A stretch of DNA of 60,049 nucleotides, counting the filler, from Sphacelaria rigidula (lineage: Eukaryota): assembly GCA_964200075.2 (NCBI GenBank). It is 5 parts of 5 records of this genome, joined end to end, with 100 filler letters (N's around TTAATTAATTAA, not from the genome) between each part and the next. Parts side by side here need not be neighbours in the genome. Positions count along the whole stretch, not along the records: positions 48,122 to 60,049 come from CAXNAA020004329.1; 4 more parts are not named here. One strand, written 5' to 3'. Below are positions 50,348-60,049 of this stretch, one piece after another (position 1 is the first letter of the stretch; each line of letters opens with the position of its first letter). The translations under genes and the position numbers were made by a program. Under the pieces are notes generated by a model that worked only from the letters and a program-made list of their open reading frames with translations, was not told where the DNA came from and ran no database searches.

Positions 50348-50490
50348 CAGGATTGGGGTGATGACAAAATGGTGTCGACATAAATTTGATGAAGTCACGT
50401 CATGGCTATGCAGCCGTTGTGTCTTCTCATCGCGCTGTAGTACAAATGCAACACTCTTCATTCATGGTTGTCTACCATATCATGTGCGCT

Positions 50491-50797
50491 GCCGCGCCCC
50501 AGTGGTGTAACGGTCGGATTGTGATCATCAGGGTGAAGAGGGTGTGGGTTCGATTCTCGATGCGTTGGTTGTTTTCTTCAAAGATCTGATTTTCACCGTC
50601 GAAAGCGTGAGTACGTGAGTAAACAAAAAGTAGGTGACTGAGTTCGTTTGACGAGAATCGACGCGGTGCGGCGTTGCTCATTCATTTCGCGAGACCAAAT
50701 TGCAGGGCGTGAACCGGGGAGAGATGGGTTTATCCCTCGAGACCACGGACTGGTCGCGAGGAAGGGGAGGGTTTCAAAGTGCGACAAATGAAAAAAG
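50491..50797 (+). mobile_element. SINE family 1, full length
   Basis: GCCGCGCCCCAGTGGTGTAACGG...GGTTCGATTC, conserved body, A-rich end. Confidence 0.85.
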
Positions 50798-51008
50798 ACG
50801 CTCACAACCATGGTAGAACGTAAACGGTGATGGAAATCAGCCTCAAATTTTGTACAATTTTTTTTCCGCAGGGGTTAGTCTCGAGGTTTGCGCTTGCATT
50901 ATCAAAAGTTAGCTCGGGTCAGGTTGCCAGAAGCATCGAGTGAACGCCTTCAGCGTGGTGCCCACTCTCGGAACAGTATCGGCTGACCACATCGCAAACA
51001 GTTTTTTT

Positions 51009-51150
51009 GGGGGGGGCGTGCTCATTCGTTGCTTGCCTTGAGCCCTTTGGTGGTTGACCACGCACTCCTTTCTAGACGGGTCAACGTTCTTACTCCTATC
51101 CTAGAAGAGACATCTTCAACGTTTGTGCCCTCCGTACGTTATTTTGGCGC
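51009..51150 (-). repeat. Poly-C-terminated dispersed repeat, family B
   Basis: (G)nCGTGCTCATTCGTTGCTTGCCTT...GACCACGCA is the reverse complement of the 24063-24129 end. Confidence 0.7.
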
Positions 51151-54100
51151 TAGTAGTAAGCAATAAGAATGGCATCGGCCTGAAAACGTGCGGTGACGAA
51201 GAACCTTGGAGGCAAGAGTCACAAAATTGCTGAACGTTTGTCGCCAAGAACGAGGCGCAGGAACTATCCCTAGCACGTCGGTACACGCAACAAGGCAGCG
51301 AGTCACTTTACATGAACTGATGAAGGAGTGGGGAATACGCACAGCAAGCTACGACCGGCTACAATGCTTTTCAAGGGTAGCTAGCGCCACAGCACAGTGA
51401 ACACGTGTGAACAGAAGTCAGCGTCAGATCCTGATTGGCCGTATGTAGCAAGCAGGACGCCTTCGCGAGTGCCATTCAAGGGCACCAAACACATCCCCAG
51501 ATTGGGGTCCCGCCAGAGCACCAAGAGGGCACCATTCCTGTAGAACCAGGTCCGTTACAGCCTGACTCGATGTGTGTGGGGTGGACAAGTAGAGGAAAGT
51601 TGTCGGAGCCATCGTCCGAGGAATCTCCACGTTTGCCAAGGGGGTAGCAAGTGCCGAAGGGCGGACGATGGGCTGGTTACCGTCCTCGGAGTCGCTGTCC
51701 GGGTCTGAACCGTTGCGGAAAGAGGGAGCTAGGGCGGAAGGGCGCACGGGGATCCTGTTGTTGAAGTGGCTGTCCGGACCGACAAGGAATTTTTCAAGTC
51801 CGAACATCCCAAAGTTGGCGACGACGGCGGATGGCAGTCGGGTATTGCGCGAATCGCGGACGGCGTGGACCTTCCCTTCGTCGGAGGTCAAGTCAATCCA
51901 CTCTGCGTCTTGATGGTCTCACAGCGCGAATCTTCTGCTGACGCGCCCTCCAAAACCGCTGGAGAAAAACAGTGAGTACGCGTGTTCGCGGTTGAAGAGG
52001 CTGGGGCATACTAGAGCAACAAAATACGCCTGGTACCTGAAGGCGTCCATGGGGTGGTCGCCTGTGGGGCAGATCCAGGTTGAGCTGGGTAGGTTTTCCC
52101 GTCCTGGATCATCCACGTAACGATGGTAACCGGTGACGGCGTTTACGGACGGAGACATTCCTCCCGGAATCGTCGAAGACACTTTTTTCTGTCTTGTCTC
52201 CCAAGGCCAAGGCGGAATTTCTTCACGGCCTGCCCCTGCAGCTTCCGGTACTTGGCTAGGGCAACGTCAACTTCGGTCCGGCTGACTCTTTTGGTCTTGA
52301 TCTTGGAATGCCCCCCGCCGACATCCTTTGAGTCAGTACCCCACCATTACTGAAAGGGAAGAGAAGAACGCAAGGAACGAACGAGGAGAGGAGGTGGTGA
52401 GTGAGAATAGGAAGAAGGATGGATGAATGAGAGTCGGCGGTGAGAAGAGCAGTGCAATGTAGAAGAGGAAAGAACAAATATTTGATGTAGAACATGAGAA
52501 GGCACATATTCGCGTGATTCGTGTGGGTAGTATCCAGAGAAGGAGAGAACAAGTAGGGTGAAAAGGGAGAAAATGGGAGGGGGGGGGGGGGGGGGGGGGA
52601 AAAAAAAAAAAAAGGGGGGGGGGGGGGNNNNNNNNNNTCAGAGGGGATAGAAGTAAGGTGGGGAGAGAAGAAGGTTGGTTCGGGGTAGAGGAGGGAGGGA
52701 GGGGAGAAGCAATCAGTAAGAGGAGGAACGAGGGGAATGAAGGCGAGTTTTAGAGGGTGAGAAAAATAATAATTGAGAACAGAGGGTCAGTTGAAAAACG
52801 AGATATTGTTGTTAAAAAAAGTGGAAACCCCAATCCTCGAAAGTTTGAATGCGGCTCCTGACGTGGGCGTTCATCTTCCCATCATCCGAATAGGATGTCA
52901 CGATCCCGAGAGTCACAACACCCACCCTGAACGTGTGGGATTCCCCGTCTGCTCACCTCGTACCGCCCTCTTCTCCAAGAAGTGAGCAGCGCTGTCGAAA
53001 GACGTTGGCGGGGATGTTGCCGGCCTCGTGCGAGGAGATGGTTGGGGAATAGTCGAGTAGATTGCCGGACCCGCAGTCAATGGCGTTGTCGAAACTTGAC
53101 CAGTGGACGGGCAGATGCGGTCGGTGGAGGGAGGACGACGGGGTCGTCCAGGAGGCCGAGGCGAGGCTTTGGAAGCGGCGCTGGCACGATATCTCAGTCA
53201 GCAGGGGTCGCGGTGCGCATCGTCAGTCGAATCCGGCGGCACCGCCTCCTGGTCAGTTGAGAGCAAGGCTGTCCTCCGACGTAGACACTCGGATACGACG
53301 ATGCTACGGCCGCCGCGACGGCGGTGACCCATCGGGCACAAGTAGAGACCCCCCACCGCTGTCTTGAAGCGGTACTTCGGCGCCCACCACGGGCGCAGGG
53401 CCCATACTTTGGGCGAGGCGAGCGTCATTCACGGCGTGGGGAGCTGTCGACGCCATGGTTGTCGTCCTTGTTGATAGAAGGGTCGCTGCAGGAGATGAAA
53501 GCAGGGTGGAGTAGGGTGTAGAGAGCGCAGTATGTGAGGGAAATGCAAGGATGTGCGGTAATAATGATATACAATAAAAAATCCGTCAATAATGACGGGA
53601 ATAAAATAAACATGAATTTCCTACATGTGAACGGTAGCGCGCGGAGTATAAAACGCAAGATGGGGAAAACGGAGTGGACACGACTCACAATGCTGGGATA
53701 AAGGTAGCACTGTCGGAGCAGAGGGTAGCATCGCCGGGGATCCTGACCGTTTGCCGTCATTCACGGTAGGGCCCACGTCGCGGCCGTGTTGGCGTTATTT
53801 CTTGTTCCGAGACTCGTACTCGCCGGTGTCTTTGTCGGACGCTACACATTTTAAGACATTGTCCTGTGTCTTGCCAGACAATGGTTCGCAATCGGCGATC
53901 GCTGCTCGGCGGTTGTCTTTGAAATGAAGGCCCGGCAGCATGAAAGGTGATACTAACTTTCACCCTTCATGTTGTCACGCCTTCGCCTTGAAGACAGCCG
54001 CCGAGCAGCGACGGGGAATCCCCGATTGCAAAATTTTGTGTTGCAAGAAGCGGGACAACGTACTCAAATGTGTAACGTCCGACGGCGACTCCGATAAATC

Positions 54101-55963
54101 CGACGAATCCGATGACGACGGCTCCAAACAAGAAACAACGCCAACACCGCCGCGTGGGCCTACCTTCAACGCCAGCAAACAGCCAGGTCCCCCCAGTGGT
54201 ACTACCCTATGCTCCGACACGTCTACCATCATCCCCGAATTGTGAGTCGTGCCCTCTGTCTTTACCCATCTTGTCTATTCTACTTCGCGCGTCACCTTGT
54301 ACATTTTTGGAAATTCATTTTCATCTTATCGGCGTCGCGGGCTTGAACCACCCAGGAAGACGAAGGAATGGCCCCTTTCACCTGTAGCCCTGTGGCTTCA
54401 GCTGCCCCTTTATGGGATAACCGTCCTCCACAGTTGCAGATGCTACTTGATTCGGGACGTTGATGAAAACCATTCACTGGGGCCGACATATGAATGTGCA
54501 GTACAAATGAGGCTATGCTGGGGGCGTGAGAAATACTGTTGCGGAAGGGGTTGCGAGGTGGCCAGACAGCTTGACATGTCGGGTCGTCCGTCGATTATGA
54601 TGGGGGATTGTCGGGCACTTATCGGGATATGGAGATGCCATGGCGCCGATGCGAGATGTGTCGATAATAAATTGTCGTGGGGACACATTTGTGATCGGAA
54701 TAATGACTTACAAATTGGTCCATGAGCACGAGCGGGAAGTGAAACGTTACAAGTTTGCCGATGAGCGACAATTCACCAATTACTTGACGAGAACTAACGG
54801 AAAGAATGAGCGCGAACGGGATTGATTTGATTGATTTGATTGTCGCACTTAACTGACCCCCCAGGGGTCCAGCCGTAGTCTGATGATGGATGTACGTACC
54901 CAAGAGGAACGAAACTGAAACACGCTCTGACGAAAAAAAAAAACAGAAAATAAAATCTTCTCTATCAGAACGACATAACAGACTAAGTCGTAACAAAAAA
55001 TAATAATAAAAAATGTTACGCAAGCAAAGTACAGAAAGAAATGGCCAACCCAAAACAAAGAAAGGAAAAGAACAGGAAAGTATCGTGTTTGGTCCCTACT
55101 TACTGCATGCCTCAGCCCTCACAAATGATACAAGAACTGTCGGACATGGTACGCCACTACTATTATACTAACGCGACAAGATTTCTCATGAGAGGAATCG
55201 CTCATGCCCCGCTTCACACAAACTCACCCGCCTTCTGTGCCCGAAGCTTTGCAACGGAGATTTTTGCAAAATCATTACGTCCCCATTTGGGCACGTGAGT
55301 TTTGCCCTTGCTTTTTTTAGTCCGATTTCATCCCCAAGCGTGTACAGCCTGTGATGCTGGCGAGATAAGTTGAAATAGTGTAGCATGCTCGGCGCTCAAT
55401 TCTCGGTGCAGTCAAATGAGCATCTCTATTCCATAGCAATCCTTGGCGATCCTATAATGTCTTTTTCACACCTTGGACAATAGAAAACATGATAAAAAAT
55501 ATACTGCGTACAGTATCGACTAATGCGTCTATTGCAATAAACAAAAAGTTCCATACTGTGCCCAGTACAAATTTTGACAATATAATCTATTATCCAGGGT
55601 GTGGTCCTTTTCCTCCGCAGCAATTCCATCCTCTGTGAGGCTACTTCGTCATGATCCACGATCATGCAACAAAAGAAAGCCCCGAGACATTTTCGAAGGT
55701 GACGCAGTATAACACCCTCGGTGATGATTTTCAACGTGGCAAAACTGAAGTCTTCTTCTGCACAACGAATCGGGTGTGTCGGTACATCAGCAGGTCTATT
55801 GGCGAACACTCAACACAAGCCTGTAGTGCGAACGGAGCGACCGGCAGCAGGGAGAAGGACGCGGGGCAAGAGGGTGGGAAGAGGACGTACGTACATCTAG
55901 TTGCTCAAGTAGCACGTACTTGAATCTCTGGTGTTATCCAGGGAGAAGGAGGAAAGGAGAAGC

Positions 55964-56061
55964 ATGGCTCACAAGGGCACGGGCGAAGTGGACCAGGGTG
56001 ATCGGCAGGTGGAGATATGGAAAGTCAAGAAGCTGATCAAGTCTTTGCAAAGGGCAAGAGG
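55964..56061 (+). CDS. eRF1: Eukaryotic peptide chain release factor 1, coding exon 1
   Basis: MAHKGTGEVDQGDRQVEIWKVKKLIKSLQRARG, then GG|GTGAGA donor in phase 2. Confidence 0.93.
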
Positions 56062-56444
56062 GTGAGACGTGTTTCGCTTCTCTTTTCGGGTCTTGAGGAA
56101 AGAACGAGTCGTCGATGACTTCAACATGGTACTTATGCAAAATTATGCTCCGATTTTTCTGCATGGAATATGCAGAAATGCAAAGGATATCATTTAGGTA
56201 TCGCGCAGAAGCAAAGGCGCCATTTGATGATCGGCAAGCATCGCCTTCCCGACCGTTTTCTTGGAATCTTGCTTACCCTGGTATTCATAGTAACCGTTGA
56301 TGTACAGCTGAACTGTGCTGAACAAGCACAAGATGAGTATATAACGGTGCCCCACTTGAGTACTGAACGTATAATGTGTTGACCTGTAGACCACTGCGCT
56401 CCACTGTAATGTTACACTGTAGATTTATATATATTCAGTCTACT

Positions 56445-56735
56445 GCCGGTCGCCCCGGTAACTCAGTTGATAGCCTCGAAACCTCCTGACGGCTGGGTCG
56501 TGTTTCGTGGGTTCGAATCTCGGTGCAGTCGCACGATCTGGGATTACGTCACACATGATGCCCAACAGTGGAGAGCGACAATGTCATGGGTAGACAAAAT
56601 TCGACTTCACGGTCGATGGGGGAAAGGGATTGCCGAGCCCGTCTCGAGATGAAAAATAGGGCAAGCACCGCAAAAAAAAAAGGAAAAAAAGGTGAAGTAG
56701 TAACACAAAGTAAAGAAGAATACCTCCTGTGTTGG
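56445..56735 (+). mobile_element. tRNA-derived SINE family 2 in eRF1 intron
   Basis: GCCGGTCGCCCCGGTAACTCAGTTG...GGTTCGAATC...GATGCCCAACAGTGG, homologous to 1294-1652. Confidence 0.75.
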
Positions 56736-58792
56736 TCACGGCTCTTTCAACAGGTACGACAATCGCGAGCCACTTCCAACCAGCAAGAAAAGTAGAACGG
56801 ACGGGAGGCATGCCAGACCCTAAAGATCTTTGGCTGTAATCGATGCTTGCTCTTGATGTTGTCTCGACCAAACCCAAGATTTCGTAGCGGTCGTGGGGAG
56901 AATATGAGAAACTCGCTAGATATCCCCGAGAAAACCACGTCAGAAAGCAGCAATTAATGGGGCACTGTCCCCCAGCTCGTTTTCTGGGATAATCACATGA
57001 ACGCTTGTAGTGCAGCCGACGCGTTTTGAATGTCATCAAGGAAGACCATAAGTGCCATTGATATGGAGATATTCTAGAAATATCATCACAAGCTGTCGTT
57101 GCAAGGGCAAGAGAGAACGATACAACATGCAAAGTAACGGTCGTTTTTATTTTTGCGCTCACCAGCGCTGCATACGGTTTTCGTGTCAGAAAGATTTGAT
57201 GTAAAGTATGCAAGGGGCATTGCTGCGATCACCTTTCCGATTTGGTCGTGTTCATTTGCAACGTGACGAGTTATCTCGAAAGCGTTCAACTATTTCGTTC
57301 ACCCCACGGAATAGCACATCAGATTTTTATTTTTTTGAAATTTTCTTCACCAAAAAAATTCCACAAGTGCCCAGCGACCAAAGAATATAAAAATCCCCCC
57401 CCTCCTGAAATAAACACTCCAGGAAGTCACGGTGGTGGGATTTCGAATGGGTGGTTAATACGATTGGTACGTAAGTTTTCAAAATTCAGTTCCCAGCACA
57501 CGCCATCGTCCATTTTTTCCCCTTGTTGTTTTCACACGTCGAACGGATCATGATCCGTCTGAAAATGACTCCTTCTCAGTACGCTGATCGGGAGACATTT
57601 TGTCCCTCATTTTTCATGTTTGCTCCCTACAGCGCCGGACGCCGAGTAGCGCTAAGGTTGCGCTTTGGCTTCTCTGACTCCGCAGTCACCTGTTTTTGTG
57701 TCTTTTGGACCAACATATTCGAGAGTCTTTTTTGATTGGTGGTGTCAGACAGATAATGGTCTGTCCGGCGTGTGTTATTTTTTACCGTCATCATTATCTG
57801 GCATTCCCGTCTCTCATCATGTTGTGTTCTCGAATTGAGTTCTCTGCTGCTTTTGCTTCGCGGAAGAAATAGTGGTGAGCCCGGGTTGCGTCATGGATGT
57901 GCATGGTCGTATTTCCACGCTGAAATATTCCACCTTCTGACCCATTCATGGTCACGTTCGTCCCACGGCGTATGTGTTCAGACTTTGTAGTGTCATGACA
58001 GGGGGAGTGCGCGTATCTAAGAATGATTCGTGACTTCCTCTACATTCTTTTCCCTACGATATGATTTTGTGATGCGGAAGGTGTCATCCACTACGGTGAA
58101 TAACACCCTCCGTGAAGTGATGAGGGTGACACCCCCTACAAAAGAATGTCTTTCCTACCTTTCCATTTTTAGAAGGCAACGCCTATGGCACATATCCTGA
58201 CCCGGCCAACCTGGCGTATTTTTCTCGCGGTCAGGGGTCCGTGACACACCAGAGGGGCTGTCACCAACTCACCTATCCCTTTCACATTTTCTACGGAGCA
58301 GTAGCCAACAGCGTTGGCTTGATCCCTCGACGAACACCACACGCCACCTATCGGCCCCATATGGATATTACAATGTGGGACGGACTACTACTATTTTTGA
58401 ACAGTAAACAGGACCCTGAAAAGCCTGTGAAGAGAATAAAAGAGACGATCCATCGTCGTCGGCGTTGGTAGTCCCGGAGAGGAGTCACGCTGGTTTACCA
58501 TCGGACACACCGACATTAAAGGGCACCCGGCGATATCATATCGGAGGCGGCCTAGCGCCCGGAGGGTGAAAAACACGGCCCAAATCCGCAAAGTTCGCTT
58601 CTGCTTGATGGACCAACCTGTCAACTGCGATTAGGCAGCAGCCACGTCACGAGCTCGCAAACGTATTCGCATATTCGGAGCCACCTGACCAACAGCAACA
58701 TGTGTATGTTGGCTCTAACCCTATCTACCGTTCTTTCCCCACCCTCCCCCCGTCGGTGTTCGTTGCGTTGAATCGTTTCATTCGGGGCACAG

Positions 58793-58838
58793 AAATGGAA
58801 CCAGCATGATCTCGCTGGTGATTCCTCCGGGAGATCAG
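58793..58838 (+). CDS. eRF1: eRF1 coding exon 2
   Basis: CAG|A-NGTSMISLVIPPGDQ|GT. Contains the GTS motif; phases match the flanking exons. Confidence 0.95.
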
Positions 58839-59887
58839 GTCAGAGGGAGGAAAGCGATCTTGACAACTCGTTTAGAACGCCGTGTCCAGTATATTTTTGC
58901 AGGCAAGATTAACTTGGCCAAAAATGCCTGTCGAGATTATGCGTAATGGGTGATGGTAATGATGATTTTTAAAAAATAGATACCGACTGTTGTTTTTCAC
59001 TGCTCTGGTGGATTTTGTAAGTGTGGAGCCTTTTACCCGGGTATACCGTGGTGTTCGGTATCAGGATGTGACACTTTCCACGATAGCCCCCCCTGAAAAA
59101 GGCGCATGGTTTGGGGAGGCAAAATGTTCACGTAAATCGAAATAGATAAAGTCGAGCACAACGAGCAGCTGGGAGTTCCCACGCTTGGGTTCGTTCTCGC
59201 CGATGTCGCCCATATGAGGCGCTTGATTCGGCCTGAACCCAAATATCAGGCGTTGTATGAACATGTTTATCGTTACCCTTTTGGGCTGGTTTGGAGGGGG
59301 GGCTACCGTAGAAAGTGTCGTGTGGTTCTCGCTTGTACGTGTTTCCTTGGGTTGGATATGTCGTCCTGTGTTGATAGTCGTGACCAGCGTTTCCTCCCCC
59401 CCTATTTTCCCGTCTTTTCTAAAGTTCACGCTCAGACTGCGCCGCTGTCAATTTGTGTCCACATGTCCTGATCGCGCATTTTTTTTCATGGCTTCATATT
59501 CATACACAAATGCTCTTGCGTTAAAAGATTCCTAGAAGGCCCTGGTGAGGAAGCTAGAAACGTTCACATGTCAGACAGTAGATGAGCTACGTGGATATTA
59601 CTTGTTATTATAGTACTGATTCGGATAATGAGCTAGCTCATTCGGCCATTATTTCCGTGTTGGCTCCCGACAGCGAGGACGGCGAGTACGCAGTGTAGCG
59701 GGAGGGTAAAGCTTTGGCTTCTCGTACACTGCTGTCTCGTGTTTTGTTTTTTTGTAAATATACGAATTCTCTTCGATTAGCTGTTTCAGGTATAATAGCT
59801 CATGACCTGTCCCACGTGGGCAAACGTTGTTGAAACCTGGTGGCCTTTTGACACCGTATTTCGCCTCGTCCTACCTGTGAGCTGCAG

Positions 59888-60003
59888 ATCGCGCGCGTGG
59901 GCAAGATGCTCGCGGACGAATATGGCACAGCGACGAACATCAAGTCGCGCGTCAACAAACTCTCGGTGCTATCGGCCATCACCTCCACTCAGCAACGACT
60001 GAA
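59888..60003 (+). CDS. eRF1: eRF1 coding exon 3 (gene continues beyond window)
   Basis: [48 protein letters not shown], with the NIKS motif. Confidence 0.96.
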
Positions 60004-60049
60004 GTAAGCCTCATAGCCCCCCCCTTCCCCCCCCTTTTTTTTTTGGTCA

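Noticed and set aside
54879-54925. Hammerhead ribozyme (CTGATGA...GAAA)
   Set aside because: Stem II does not close adjacent to GAAA and stems I/III are not evident. It looks like the reverse of a retroelement 3' end with an AATC tail.
26400-60003. Functional link between the PAM2-bearing LINE and the nearby eRF1 gene
   Set aside because: They are on different, artificially concatenated contigs.

Overview
Eukaryotic, repeat-rich DNA, most likely a brown alga (Phaeophyceae). That assignment is inferred from roughly balanced GC, the intron style and the repeat families. The window is not one locus. It is five size-sorted contigs (11931, 11931, 11930, 11929 and 11928 bp) joined by 100-bp N-TTAATTAATTAA-N linkers. 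Host genes: a 3-exon EAPP gene (minus strand, with a homopolymer frameshift), a head-to-head first exon resembling an actinobacterial '3-methyladenine DNA glycosylase'-annotated family, the first three coding exons of eRF1, and a candidate multi-exon gene of unknown function. The rest is mostly decayed mobile DNA: two RTE-type LINEs, a Ty3/Gypsy element inserted into one of them, two tRNA-derived SINE families, several MITE/foldback families, poly-C-terminated repeat families and microsatellites. The most interesting signal is the near full-length LINE, whose ORF begins with two tandem PAM2-like (PABP-binding) motifs ahead of a basic linker and the APE endonuclease. Also notable are a CCCH-type finger in the Gypsy Gag, a WLDD RT site, and a shared ATGAGTAC-N-(C)n terminus in two otherwise dissimilar repeat families.
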